Source of the DNA: the human T2T-CHM13v2.0 reference genome, Homo sapiens
Direction: 5' to 3' (one strand)
Assembly (NCBI RefSeq): GCF_009914755.1
Contig: NC_060925.1
Length of the DNA stretch: 64,000 nt
In this document: positions 28,837-43,919 of the stretch, piece after piece
Numbering within the stretch: the first letter of the stretch is position 1
How the letters are laid out: every line of letters begins with the position of its first letter
The notes under the pieces: generated by a model
The model's database searches: none
Told to the model about the DNA's origin: nothing
What the model saw: only the letters and a program-made list of their open reading frames with translations
Translations under genes and position numbers: made by a program

Positions 28837-30859
28837 GTACGCCCGGGGAGTGAACTTTCTCAGCTGGCTGGGCTCTCCTCAGCCAGCACAGCCGGCTTTA
28901 GATCGCTTGTCCTTTACTTTTCAACAGCTTCTGATGATACCTGTGCTTCAGGACAGGCAGCTCTAGATAGCTGGAGTCAACTGTGCAACAGGCAGACAGA
29001 GACTTCAGTCAAGGGCAAGGGGGAGGTGTGCCACTGCTCTTGGCTTTGGCTCTCTGGGCCTTCCTATCTGTAGCCACATCGTTGCAGCACCTGGGATAAA
29101 ATGAGTGGTGCCCATCCGCACAGTCAGATTCCTGACATCATTGATGGCAGCGAACAAGTTCAGTGTTTGCTCAGATCATTTGCCACCCTATGGGGTGGGA
29201 AGACTTGAATATCTGGTGCAGCTTTGTCATGTAAATCTTTGCCCACACAGTTTTTGCAGCCACCACTGCTCGCTATGAATCCATATGCATTTCAAGTACT
29301 GCCTTGAAGGCTAAATAAATAAAAGTACAACGGCTGTAATACGGGGATAATAAAGTATTTTGATGAAATGTTGGGAACCATGGGAAAGCACTTGCCAGCT
29401 TCAGGTCTAGAGGAAACAAATTTTTATTCCCACACTCAGGTCCCTTTCTCTGTTCACCTCCTACTTTATCAAGCCCCCTGGCTGCTCTCCCCCCTCACTT
29501 CCCTTCTCCTCCTCTCTCCTTCTCCTAAGATCCATAGCAGAGAATGCAAATATTTTCAGGACTCCAAGTTGGAGAACTGACCTAGAAGATTCAATGAGAA
29601 AAGAGATTTTAGTTTTGAGACGTATCAGCCCTTTGTGGATCCAGACAATAGGACTGATATAATTAAGTACTGTAGAGAGTCAAAGAAAAGGCATTTTTTT
29701 CCCAGCTCTGTGAGTACCATGTGTTCTGGGTTTGGGAAAATGAAATAACTCAGCCTTATCCTTCATCACCTCCCTGCCCTCACCTCCCACAGAGGAAGAC
29801 ACACATGTCATTTTCTTTCTCTGAGCACCTCTCACTGAGGAGATGTGATAATCTAGCACCACTCTGAGACTCTAGCAACTGTCCAAATGCAGGAAATATT
29901 AGAAGGCTGCATATACTCTGCTAGACTCAAATAGCTGTGGACTAATGAGAAGCAAAAAACAGGGAGAAACACAATCCACAATGAACACAATATTCTGATT
30001 CAGATTCCAGTCTCCAACTCCTCTACCACCTGCAACTTGTCCATGGGGACTCCTAGGTGAGAGGCTGAAAGCCATTTACTACTTCCTGAAAGCCTTCCTA
30101 CTTCCTGCATTTTTCAGGAAATACATGAATGAGTTGGGAAATGGCTGAACCAAGGAGAAAGCAGGAAAAGTAAGAGAGACAACAATGCAGAGACTCAAAT
30201 TGGACCACAGCTCACTCAGCGCAGGAGCTGCCCTGGGGCCATCTGCATCTCTCAGTTCAGCTTCTGGCCACTCCCATCACATTCACCCTCTCCTCCCAGC
30301 CTTCCAAGCCCCTGAAATGATGTGCAAAAAAAGAACAGGTGCAAGAAAATAAAAGTTTGGTGCATTCCACTAAAACCCATGCCATTTCTGGAATGGACAT
30401 GGTGGGATGGAGCAGAGATGAGCAAAATCCCTCCACCCTTGATTTACAGAACGTATCTTTGCAGCCAGAGCACTGTTTCTTGGGAGCAGTGGTGTTCAAC
30501 CTGCTTATACAGGGTCCAGGATCCCTTCCAGGGGTCTCTGAGAGGATGCGTAATCATGGCAGATGTTTTTTAGTGATGTAGTGTCAGGAACACAACACAG
30601 ACAAATCAAACCTAGTATGAAAACCCATGACTTCCAAAGAAGCTTTCTGTATAGCTAAAGAGCAACCCTCCACTGCCATGTTCCTGGGATTTGAATATGT
30701 GAGCAAATGAACACAGGCCAAACCCCATGGAATTCACCTGGAATCTGGTTTCCATCCTGCAGTGCAACCCCAGCGTTGTGGAGTGAACTCTGCTTTGCTT
30801 ACATCATATTGGGGTCTGAGGTGAGCCTTCACCCCGTCCTCCTCTGCTTTCTCCTACAG

Positions 30860-31052
30860 GTTTTGTTCAAGCTCCTCCTGGGCAGTGCTAAGTTTGGAGA
30901 AGCCGCCTTATTTTTGTCCATCTTGGGTGTGTTTAACATCCTCTTCATCACCTGCATTCCTATTATCCTCTACTTTACCAAAGTGGAATACTGGAGCTCT
31001 TTTGATGACATTCCATGGGGAAACCTTTGTGGATTTTCAGTTCTTTTATTGA
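30860..31052 (+). CDS. SLC35F3: SLC35F3 coding exon (193 nt; VLFKLLLGSA...FSVLLL)
   Basis: ctcctacag|GTT acceptor, TGA|gtaagt donor, phase 0-1. Confidence 0.96.
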
Positions 31053-31471
31053 GTAAGTGCTAATCACCTGTCCAGAATTCCCAGAAAGCAACCACCCACA
31101 GAGGACCCTCAGGAAACATGTTCCCTGAAGGCAGAAAACAGTGCTCTTTGCTATTCTTTAGTTCTCACTGGTTTTTAAGATCTTTCTGTTTCACAAAGTA
31201 GTCTTTGAAATGATGACATTGGATTTGAATTCCAGAGCCAGAATCAGTGCAGTAGTCGCAGTGGTCACTGCTGCTCTGAATAATGAACTAATACCCCAGG
31301 GTGTTGCATGTTACCTACTAAGCACAGTACAGCAAGGAGCTGATAAATTAATACCTGCAGAGGTCTTAGAACATTGCCTGATAAGTGTCAATATTCAATA
31401 AATACTATAGATTATCATTATTATTAATATCATCATCATTGTCTCCATTACTTGATATAAGTCTAGAGCTA

Positions 31472-31856
<385 letters not shown>

Positions 31857-32206
31857 AATTCCCAGAGCTCCTGTTCATGCAGTTATCCCAGAAGCATTGC
31901 CAGCAGCAGAGAAAAGCAAAATTGGTAAGATGGTCCCAGTCACCTTCTCAGTGGTTACCATTTCCAAACTTATTTCCCTTCTTCAAAACTCAGGGAACAG
32001 AGGGGCTGAGTACTCAGAGTGTCTGCTCCTGGTCCCAAGTCCTGGAGCCCCCAGAGGAACTCTGAGTTCACTGAATCAGAGCAGAGGGTCATTGTAACTC
32101 CTATGACTCCAGCCTCATCAGGAAAACCTGGGTCAGATAGGCCAGCAGGGAGGTAAAGTACACAGCAGTCATGAATAACACTCGTTGTTTACATTCTTTA
32201 TTTCAG

Positions 32207-32296
32207 CATTCAATATTGTATTAAATTTTGGAATTGCCGTTACATATCCCACTCTGATGTCTCTTGGAATCGTCCTCAGCATACCTGTGAATGCAG
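32207..32296 (+). CDS. SLC35F3: SLC35F3 coding exon (90 nt; TFNIVLNFGI...IPVNA)
   Basis: tttatttcag|CA acceptor, CAG|gtaaac donor, phase 1-1. Confidence 0.95.
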
Positions 32297-32330
32297 GTAA
32301 ACCTATGCGGCTTTCTATATCTGCACATAA

Positions 32331-32462
32331 GCACACACACTCAGTCACCTACTCACACACACATACACACACTCATGCATACATACACACTCACACATAC
32401 ACTCACATACACACACTCATGCATACACACACACACACATACTCTCACATACATACTCACAT
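32331..32462 (+). repeat. Degenerate (CA)n tract
   Basis: ~130 nt of cacacac/catacac units starting 35 nt after the exon donor. Confidence 0.93.
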
Positions 32463-34007
32463 ATATTATTGCTCTGCCTGCTATAGAATGCGTGTTTAAC
32501 TGTCTGCCAAAAAAAAAGCATTTAGGTGAAATGTTGCTATTAGTTATATATGCAATATTTTCTCCATAATGGGCTGATTTTCACATACCACTTCAAGACA
32601 CAGAAAGTCTAAAGGCATCTTGATTCTAACTGGTATGGGGAGCAGAATGAATCTCATCAGCATTATTAACAAATGTAGGAAATGATGTAGCAGAAAAAAA
32701 ATGTCACTTTTGCAGGTAACTTTCTGGGGGAGAAAATTTGCTCAAGGCATGAGGTAGAAACATGCTGACAAGCTGAAGAAGCGTGAACGGCATTTTCCCT
32801 GACCTCCGGGAAGACAGGGAGAGAACGCCCTTTGCCCAGGAACTCGGGACTGCCCTTTGTTTTCCCCTGGGGACTCGTTGCCAAGGCACACAGTTGACAG
32901 CTCTTTCAGAAGCTTGTCTTCACCTGCCCCTCACTGCCTTCCTTTTCCTGGCTCGCACGGATAGGAATTTTGGATTTTCTTCCCAGAACCTCCTGGCCTC
33001 ATACCTGACCTCCCTAGGCATCCTTCTCTCAGCCAGAAAAGGGCTGTGAATCTGTCCTCCCCAGAACACTCACTCCTTTGTCCCTGGCACAGCTTCCTCC
33101 AAAGCCATCTCCCAAATCCTGCCACTTCCAGGCCATTAAAAGATTGCCCCCCCCCCACCCCAAAGGAATGGCAAACCCTTATCCTGTTCAATGTGGTGGT
33201 GACTATGCCTGCAGGCACCCCAATTTCCCAAGCCTTTCCTCATGACTTGGTTTCCCACCGCTCCCATTCCAAAGGCGCTCGACCTCTCTGCCCCACCATG
33301 GCCCAGACTCCCCCAGAAGGACTGCCTCACAGCGGCGGCAGTGTACCAGGCCTGGGGGAGGTGTCAGGAGACAGGGCTCAGGCCCAGCACCACCACAACC
33401 CACCTGGAGATCTGTGGTCCCAACATATCTGCTCTCTGAGCCTTAGCTTGCCTCCCCTGCAAATGAAAAGTCATACCTACCCTTGCTACTTCGGTTGATG
33501 TGACAACCAGATGAAATAACCGATGAGACAGCATTTCAAAATGCAGAAAGCACCTGAGATCCTGGACAGCTGGTAAAAAAGAAAAATGGTCCAGATGCTG
33601 CAGGCTTCTGAAAAATCACTTGTCACCGTCCTCCCCCTACATTCTTTGCATCTTTAGTTTGTGGTCATACCGTGTTCCTGTCTCCAGAAGGCGTGCTCCA
33701 GTTGTCTTCTATAGAAACTTCCTTTCAGCGTATAATATGGCCAGGTGTTTGAGAGATTCATTAAAATCATTTTTCATTACTTACCTGCAACATAAAAGGT
33801 TTAATGATGAGTCCAGAAAAGGAATCCCAGGCCACTCTTGATTGGAAGAGAGAAGCCGGGGACCCTGCCGCGTATCTCACTTGTCAAGGCAGAGCCATTG
33901 CCTGGCTTTTGGGTTCTCCCCGACATCTGCTCAAGGGACTGGCTGGTTGGCTCTCCTTATCTAGTGAATTAACAGGGTGTTTTACCAATATTAAAAATTA
34001 AAATACA

Positions 34008-34760
<753 letters not shown>

Positions 34761-34800
<40 letters not shown>
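34761..34800 (+). repeat. (GT)20 microsatellite
   Basis: Direct reading. Confidence 0.98.
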
Positions 34801-34803
<3 letters not shown>

Positions 34804-35121
34804 ATCTATCTCTCATCTCCTCAACTGCCCTTCATTCACTTGTTTTAATCACATAAATCAATGTTTGAACTACCAAGTCAGTTTTGGGAGGTGACATACA
34901 AGTGCAAGGCTTCATACCAGAGAGGTTTGATAAAGTTAAGGGTTGTTTACTAGAGGTAACCCCAGCCCACCTGGAACAAAATCATACTGAGGAGAATCCT
35001 GTGGTCCAGGGAAGACCACAACACTGCCAGACAGAGGAGGGTGCCCCCAGGCCCTGCCCACTCTCCAGGGACATGCCCCCAACCCTGCAGCTGAGAAACC
35101 TCCATGCTCTGTCTCCCACAG

Positions 35122-35357
35122 TGATTGATCACTACACCAGTCAGATCGTCTTCAATGGGGTCCGGGTCATCGCCATCATCATCATCGGCCTGGGTTTTCT
35201 CCTCCTGCTCCTGCCAGAGGAGTGGGATGTCTGGTTGATCAAGCTGCTCACCCGACTCAAAGTGAGGAAGAAGGAGGAGCCTGCAGAGGGCGCTGCCGAC
35301 CTGAGCTCAGGACCTCAGAGCAAGAACAGAAGAGCCCGCCCTTCCTTCGCCCGCTAA
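35122..35357 (+). CDS. SLC35F3: SLC35F3 last coding exon, CDS part (VIDHYTSQ...RRARPSFAR*)
   Basis: ctcccacag|TG acceptor (phase 1), final TM helix, TAA at 35355-35357. The five exons give 865 nt of uninterrupted ORF, and the C-terminus is recognised as SLC35F3. Confidence 0.95.
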
Positions 35358-36128
35358 CACCACTCCTCTAGAACTCGGTGGTAATGACTGGGAGGTCTAT
35401 TCCTGCCGGGAGGAACCTCAGTTGGGTAAGGTGTACATACCTGTACAGTTTTGGTCATCTGCGGTAAGTTCTATGGTATTTATTGGCATGTCCAATTTGC
35501 TTGCACTTTTCCACATCAGACCTTCCACTTAAGGGTACCAATTCAATACAAAAGAGAAAAGAAGAACCTCTCAGTGCTTTTCCAACGAATGTAAAGTGGG
35601 TTTAAAAGTTCCCTGCGTAGATCGTTTTGGATGGCTGACGTTCTTGACAAGCCAGCCATCAGGGCAAGTGTTTTGAATCTTAGCAAGTGTTTTGAATCTT
35701 AGCAACTGAACATGACATTGCACACTGTGATTATTTTTCAGCTATGGTAGGTCATATTTTGTTTTATACCAGAGCTGTACTCTTAATTTTAAGGAATTTC
35801 AATGAACCAAAAGATAACTGTCAATTTATTTGGATGGATGGATGGAGGGATGGAAGGAGGGAGGGAAGGATGTCTGGGATGTGAAGAGGCAAGGCAGAAA
35901 TGGATGATGAACATCAAAAACTGTCAGAGGACAGGTCTGTGCCAGGTACCAGGAAGGACAAGATAAGTCCAAGCCCCGGCTGGCCTGCTCTCACGTGTCT
36001 GTGTAAGATCATGCAAGAGAAATCACAGTGCCTTCTACAGAATTTTCGTCTTTACCTATGTGAAGCGAGGTGACGTGATACGTCACTGGCGCCGTCTTAT
36101 AATTTAGATGTAAAAATCTTTAGAAACA

Positions 36129-36134
36129 AATAAA
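36129..36134 (+). terminator. Candidate proximal polyadenylation signal AATAAA
   Basis: AATAAA preceded by TGTA (36110) and followed by a TG-rich stretch (tatgtgtatgtctgtgta). Confidence 0.45.
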
Positions 36135-36604
36135 ACTCTCTATATATGTGTATGTCTGTGTACAAAAAAATGACAGAGCTGATGGCCAGTGTATACAGAG
36201 CGTGGCCCGCGGTGTACAATACCCATATAAGGTACATTGTGCAGGAGGGGAATTGCTGGCTGCTTTTACTTCCTGACCAAGACTGAAAAATTATTTACTG
36301 AAATCTGTAAACCTTTTTATGAAACTTTTAAGCACCAGGCTGTTTACTTACACAATTTAGGTCTGCCAGAAAATTCTATCTGTGATAGATCTGTAAAGAG
36401 GGTCAGGGGTTAGAGTTTACTATTTTTGAAGTTTACATTGTTACATATGAAATGGAAACATTATTTTGAAACGTTGTCATAACCCAATGGTGCATTCTGT
36501 AACCATGGAGTCTTCTGTTTCCTGGGGGAAAGGGGCATTCATGACCTGAACTTTTTAGCAAATTATTATTCTCAGTTTCCATTACCTGTTTGGCCAAACA
36601 GATT

Positions 36605-36610
36605 AATAAA
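36605..36610 (+). terminator. Distal polyadenylation signal AATAAA
   Basis: Canonical hexamer at the end of the repeat-poor UTR, with GT/T-rich sequence downstream. Confidence 0.75.
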
Positions 36611-37652
36611 ATATTTGAAAAAGAAGCGTTCAGTGCTGTCTCCATGGCCATTCTGTTACTTTCCCACTGCACCAGTCCTGAAGCAGTCCTCACCACATTC
36701 TGGCTTTTCCTCAATTGCACTTGCCCCCAAGAACCTTCAGGGTGGGTAAGCCAGCCCATCTGTCTCAAGGGAAGGAGACTGTAATATCGATAGAATTGAC
36801 TTTTGCAAAAGTGAAATGCAGAAGCATCCCCAAAGCCTCACAGAAGCTCTAAGTCCTGGGGCAGCCTCTCCCTCCTCCACTTTTCCCCTGTTCCTCTCCC
36901 TCTCCCTCAAGGCACCTGCCCTCCGCTCAGCCCTGCCTGTGGCTTCCTTCTCACTTTTTCTTCTGAACGGGATCCGCAGCTCAGTTTACACTGGTCTCTA
37001 AGTGCCACCTAGAGCGGCAGCCCCAGTCCATAAATCTACCCAGTCTTCCAGCTCAGCCCCCACAGCCGCCTGCCTGCCTTGGGCATCCTAACTTAATGCT
37101 GGCATTTTCAATAATTTGATTGCTCCACTTCAGTAACATTATGCAGCTGTTCCAAGCAGCTGCTATGCCAGGGGCTATGAGAGCCAGTGGGTCTCATTCT
37201 AGGGCTACAGAGGGCCAAGTACTCTAGGAAGGGGTGTGAGCCAAGGGGAAACAAGAGCCTTTTTAGTACACCTCATCCCATCACCCACACCTAGAGCGTC
37301 TACACTCCATGCACCACACGTACCACTTGACACATGGGCTCTAAACCTGGAGAATCTCGTTATCCAGAGCAGAGAGCTCCCCTACCCCATGTGTCCAGGC
37401 ATGTCTGGGAGGGGGCAGCTGGGGCAGCAGGATGCTGGGCTAGTTACCTCCACTACCCTGTTGAGGCTCCAAATCCCAGGGAGACAAACAGATATTTCCT
37501 TTGTAAGCCAGGACACGAAAAAGTGGGGAAGCCCTGCCTTAGGGTAGATTCATCTTATTCTCCCATTGGGCAAAAATGACCATGAAAACCCAAAAGAGTT
37601 GAGAACATGGACTCAAAGGGATATGTGCACACCCACATTCGTGGCAACACTA

Positions 37653-38048
<396 letters not shown>

Positions 38049-38056
<8 letters not shown>

Positions 38057-38077
38057 GAGGAAAAGAGGAAGAAGAAA

Positions 38078-38112
<35 letters not shown>

Positions 38113-38268
38113 AGAAGAAGAAGAAGAAGAAGAAGAAGAAGAAGAAGAAGAAGAAGGAAGAAGAGGAAGAGGAAGAGGAAGAAGAAAGAAGAAGAAGAAG
38201 AGGAAGAGGAAGGAGCAGGAGGAGGATGGAGGATGGAGGATGGAGGATGGAGGGGGAAGGGGGAAAGA
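38049..38268 (+). repeat. Polypurine tract including pure (GAA)22 at 38090-38155
   Basis: Direct count. Confidence 0.95.
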
Positions 38269-38769
38269 ATTCTGACACATGCTACAATATGTTGAATCTT
38301 GAAGACACTGCTGGGTGACATAAGCCAGTCACAAAAGGACAAATGCTGTCTGATTCCACTTATATGAGGTTCCTGGAGTAGTCAAACTCATAGAGACAGA
38401 AGTAGAATGCTGGTTGCCAGTGGCTGGGGAGAGGGGAAATGGAGAGTTATTGTTTAGTGGGCGTATAGTTTCAGTTTGCAAAGATGAAAAAAACCTGGTA
38501 GCGATTGTTGAACAATGTGAACGTACTTAATGCCACAGAACTGTACGCTTAAAAATAGTTTAAATGGTAAATTTTATGGCACGCGCATTTTATCGAAATT
38601 TTTAAAGGGACTATGAAGGGTAACGTGTATGAAATAAAATGGTTAGAACTCTCTTGCGGTCCTTTCGATACATTCTAAACCTGAGTTGGGGTTGCGGGAG
38701 GGATAGGTTGAGAGATTTCTTTCCAGAAAGAAAACAGCCACAACCACAACACCTCCACTCCCCACCGCG

Positions 38770-38928
38770 CCAGAAGGTGGCCAGCACGGGGATGCGCTGC
38801 GGCAAACCTAGGAGGGACCCAAAAGCAGAAAATCCTAGAAAAGAGTTCCTGCGGATGGAACAGCGGGGCGGCTCTGAGATGCAGTCTGTGTCCCCGCTCA
38901 GCTGGGGAATTGTCTGCCCTCTAGAGGC
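38770..38928. promoter_or_regulatory. Pair of CTCF-like motifs in a CpG-richer patch
   Basis: CCAGAAGGTGGCC (+, 38770-38782) and GCCTCTAGAGGGCA (-, 38915-38928) compared with core CCASYAGRKGGCR. Confidence 0.5.
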
Positions 38929-39494
38929 GGGTCTGGGTAGCAATTAAAGAATGTTTCTCTGGGCTCCTTTAAAGAGGAAAAGTGAAGCCAAGACGGAGGG
39001 TACAAGAGAGGAGACCAGGACTTCCGTCTGCTGCTGATGAAAGAGGCAAAAAGCTCTGGGAAATCTCTGCTCTCTCCTTTCTTTCAGAATGTGATCGTTT
39101 GGAGCTAGAGGGCATGAAGTGACCTGCTGGCCGCCTTGCCACACCAAGTCAGAGCCGTCCCTAAGAACCCACACCTGCCGTACAGACCCTGAGCTCCTGC
39201 TCCTCTTGAGCCTTCAAGGATAGAGTTAGGCAGGAGGAATTCATGGCCAGAGACTTACTACCCCATAGAACAGATGTGTTTCTAAATCTAGCCAAGGTTG
39301 CATAACATGGAATTCTTTATCTTCAATTTTGAAAACAAATGGTTTGTCCTAAAATTAGAATGTGGTGGTGGTTGCACCATTCTGTGAATATACTAAAACT
39401 CAATACACTGCATAATTAGATGAGTGAATTTTATGATGTGTGAATTATATCTCAATAAAGCAGTTTAATTAATAAATGGTTGCCCCACAAGCTG

Positions 39495-39796
39495 ATTTTT
39501 TTTTTTAAGAGATAGGGTCTCACTGTCGCCCAGGCTGGAGTGCAGTGGCACTATCTCGGCTTGCTGCAGCCTCAACCTCCTGGGCTCAGGCAATCTGCCT
39601 CCCTCAGCCTCCCTCAGCCTCCCAAGTAGCTGGAACCATAGGCATGCGCCACCACACCTGGCTAATTTTTTTATTTTTTTAGAGACAAGGTCTTGCTATG
39701 TCGCCCAGGCTGGTCTCAAACTCCTGCACTCAAGTGATCTTCCTCCTTGGCCTCCCAAAGCTCTGGGATCACAGGTGTGAGCCATCGAGCCCAACC
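39495..39796 (-). mobile_element. AluJ
   Basis: Antisense Alu with a 10-bp internal duplication (ccctcagcct). Confidence 0.88.
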
Positions 39797-41448
39797 TCCA
39801 CAAAATGATTTAAAATTTCTTTATGGAAATCTCATAAGCACAGAGGACATTTGTTGGGTTGTTTGTGTTCTTGACTGCCCAGCGCCTGATCCCTCTTTGA
39901 AATAGCACCTTGCTCTTGCTGTGGAAGCTGAAGGGAACAGAATCTCCATTTCGGATCCTCCCACAGCACAGGAGAGGCGAGGAGGGTGTGAACTGGACTT
40001 GGCTCTGAAGCAAGATGCCAGACCCCAAAGAACAGCCGAGAAGGTGGTGCTGACTGGCCAGCTCCTGAGGGCCCTGCGGGGCCTCTGGCCTCTTCCCACC
40101 ATAAAGGTCCATGGTTCCGGCCCTTTTGCAAACAGATCCTTTGGACTCACAAAGTCCCAACAGGCCTTCCAATCAATTCTCTTTTGTCGAAGACAGCAGG
40201 ACACCATTTCTGTCGATTGAGTCCAAGAACTCTGAACAATATATGTGAGAGAACTGGGATGTTCAAAGAAAAGCTGAGCATTTGTTTATTTGAGGTTTGT
40301 TTGTGTGTTTTAACTTTCTGGTACACTTCTTGAAACTGGGCTTATTATGGCCTAGCAGGACTCCTAGGTCAAACTGCTTTAAAGAATGGGTAAGAATAGC
40401 TTATAAGAAATGCATCAATGATATATACATAAGGAGAGCTTAAAAGCTCCTCAGTGCTCTTAAAATATTTTAAAATAATTTTTTAAAAAATAATATTGTC
40501 TCTTCCATATATTTTTGTGCACTCAGCATTGCCAAATTCTTGAGAACATCTTTTTCTTAAGTTAAAATAGTGGTAAACCAGCTGGTAAATTTCCTCCAAA
40601 TTATCAAAAACTTTGGAGTTACTAGAATTATAGGAAATGAGATTTAATGTAAAGACAACTTAATGTGTTAAAAGTTTTAGCTCAAGCCTTTTTTTCTGTC
40701 TCTTACTGAAAAAGGTACATGCTTCCTGTAGAATATTGAGAAATACCTATAAACACACAATCTAGTAGTTGTCATTGTAACTGCAGGAGGGGTAGCAGTA
40801 GCCTGTGAGGATATGACAGGGGGGCGATCCCTCTGAGAAGGCCTTGAGGGGGCTCTCAGGCACGCTCTCTGGGAGAGAGGTAAGGGCAGGGAATGCCCGT
40901 GGGAAGCTAAGTGTACACACCTGCTTAGCTCTACACCTGCTCTTCTATCCCCACAGAAAAGACACTAAGGAGAGGCTCTTGCCAGAAGAAAAACATTAGA
41001 GGAAATTACAAACCTCCAGAAGGAAATTCCAGAAATCCCCGGAGTTTATTTCTTATTGGGAATAGAAGAGCATTTGGCCACCTAAGCCTTTTAATTTGTT
41101 CAGAATTTGTGGTATGCATGTCATAGGGGGATCTCAGAGGCTAGGGAGAGACAGCCACTGGAACCGCTGTTTCTAAGACCCTCTTCCTACCCGCCCACGG
41201 AAGTGGGAATGGGGATGGAAGGCCGCACCAGAGAACACTGGCTGAGACATGACTCAGGGACCCACACTCCTCCTCCCTGCACCTCTCCCATCTTCAACGT
41301 GCAGCTTTGCAGTGGCGAGCCAGAGAAGCAAGACGAGGAGGTGGCTCACATCACTGCTGCTCAGACTGGGAAGTGTTTGAACCCTGAGGGTTTGTTTAAA
41401 CTTCCAGGCCAGTCTCCACACAGCAAGAGTGGGACCATATGGGGGTTA

Positions 41449-41841
<393 letters not shown>

Positions 41842-42433
41842 TCACTTGAGCTCGAGTTCAAGACCAGCCTGGGCAGCATGGTGAAACCCCGTCTCAATAA
41901 ATAAATAAATAAAAGAAAACCTATCCGTGCATCACAGTGGTGCTCTTTTTTTAATTTATACCTGTTTATCAAGGATTAGAGTATAACTTTTTAAACTAAT
42001 TTTATTTTGTCCTCAGACCACTCTCTTTTGGCATCTTCATTGATGGGAACTGTAAACCCTATCACACCAACTAGATATAGCTATTCCCCCAGTGCTCCTG
42101 CTTTCCCTCTGTTATCTGCTTTCATTCACATGGTGAAAAATTGAATTTCCGGCATGTCTTCCTTGTGGGGAGGCTGAGAGTCTAGCACCTTTTTAGGATT
42201 TTGCAATTATGTGTGCAGTGTCGGTAGCTTGCTGTATGGTCCTGTCCCGTATGTTGAATTTCCTCAAAGATACCATGTGTGCGTATGTGTGTGCGTTTGC
42301 CACATTTACTGTGTTGTTTTTGATTAGTATCTCTTTCCCACCAATTAGACTATTGCTATTTGTTTAAATAAATGATCCCTGTAAACTAATCACCATACAA
42401 TAATCACTACCTCTTTTAAATGATATCATTTAG

Positions 42434-42821
<388 letters not shown>

Positions 42822-43919
42822 AAGAGTTACCTCTTAGGTTGACCATGGTGTTTTTCTCCAAAGCTTAATTTAAAAAATTCAAATCTTACCACTAGCACCA
42901 CCTTAAAGTCCAAAGTACATTTGGACATTTAACTGCCCCCCCAGATTTGACTGTCCCAAGGCCATTATTACATCACAGGTTCTATGGGTTACTTTTATCT
43001 AAATTTTATCTCAATTTTCTGATAGCATTTAATTTCCTTTTTAGCTGAGAGAAAGTGCTTTCACACAGCCAGACAAAGTCCCGTCAGCTCCCCATGGACT
43101 CAATGACTCACCTCTCATCCTCTGAAGCGTTCACTGTGGGTCATGCACACTTGTCCATATTTCTAAATCCTAGGTCGACAAATAATGTACGCAGCCACCC
43201 TCACTCCCTGAACAATCAGAAATGGAGGTTTGGCCAGGCACATGGCTCATGCCTGTAATCCCAACACTTTGGGAGGCCAAGGAAGGTCCAGGAGATTGAG
43301 GCTGCAGTGAGCTAAGATTGTGCCACTGCACTCTAGCCCGGCAACAGAGTGAAACTCTGAGAAAGAAAGAGAAAGAGAACAGTGCATAGTCTTTTCATTT
43401 AGAATGAATTTTCACACCAAAAATATATCATTTGATCTCACACCTGGATGAATTCAGCACACACTGATGCCCACTTTATCATCTATGTGTTTCTAGAAGT
43501 TAGTCTCTTTTCCTTAGTTGATAATCTTTGTTTTCAAATTCTTAAAAATAGAAATCTCTCCAGATTCAGGTGCAGTGGTATGACAGAACAGTGCAATGGT
43601 TAATAAAATGAAATTTGCAAGCAGATAGAACTGGATTCAAAGCCCAGCTCTACCATTTATAGTTTTATCTCCTTGGTCAAGTCACTTGACATCTCTGAGT
43701 CTCAGTTTTCTCACCTGTAATATGAGGCTAATAATCAACTCTGCCATACAAGGTTGTCAAAGTAAAACAAAGTCATACATATAGAAGCTTAGCACAATCT
43801 CTAGACATAAGTAGTTGCTCAATCAGTGATAGCATTTACATCATCATCACCAGCATCATCATCACGGCAGGGCTGCCAAGCTTGAGCAAGAGCGTGTCAG
43901 CCAGGGTTGTGGCTGTATT

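Larger units (their letters stand above)
35358..36625 (+). other. SLC35F3: SLC35F3 3'UTR (end approximate)
   Basis: Repeat-poor sequence after the stop with multiple UGUA motifs and AATAAA hexamers. Confidence 0.8.

Noticed and set aside
33046-33498. 150-aa intronic ORF
   Set aside because: No recognisable homology or splice context; a chance ORF in C-rich sequence.
34884-35121. N-terminal part of the 157-aa ORF
   Set aside because: It is intronic read-through upstream of the acceptor at 35121. The same applies to ORF extensions around the other exons.
40270-40620. Possible processed-pseudogene fragment in AT-rich unique sequence
   Set aside because: No recognisable protein, poly-A tail or TSD could be established; a BLAST search would be needed.
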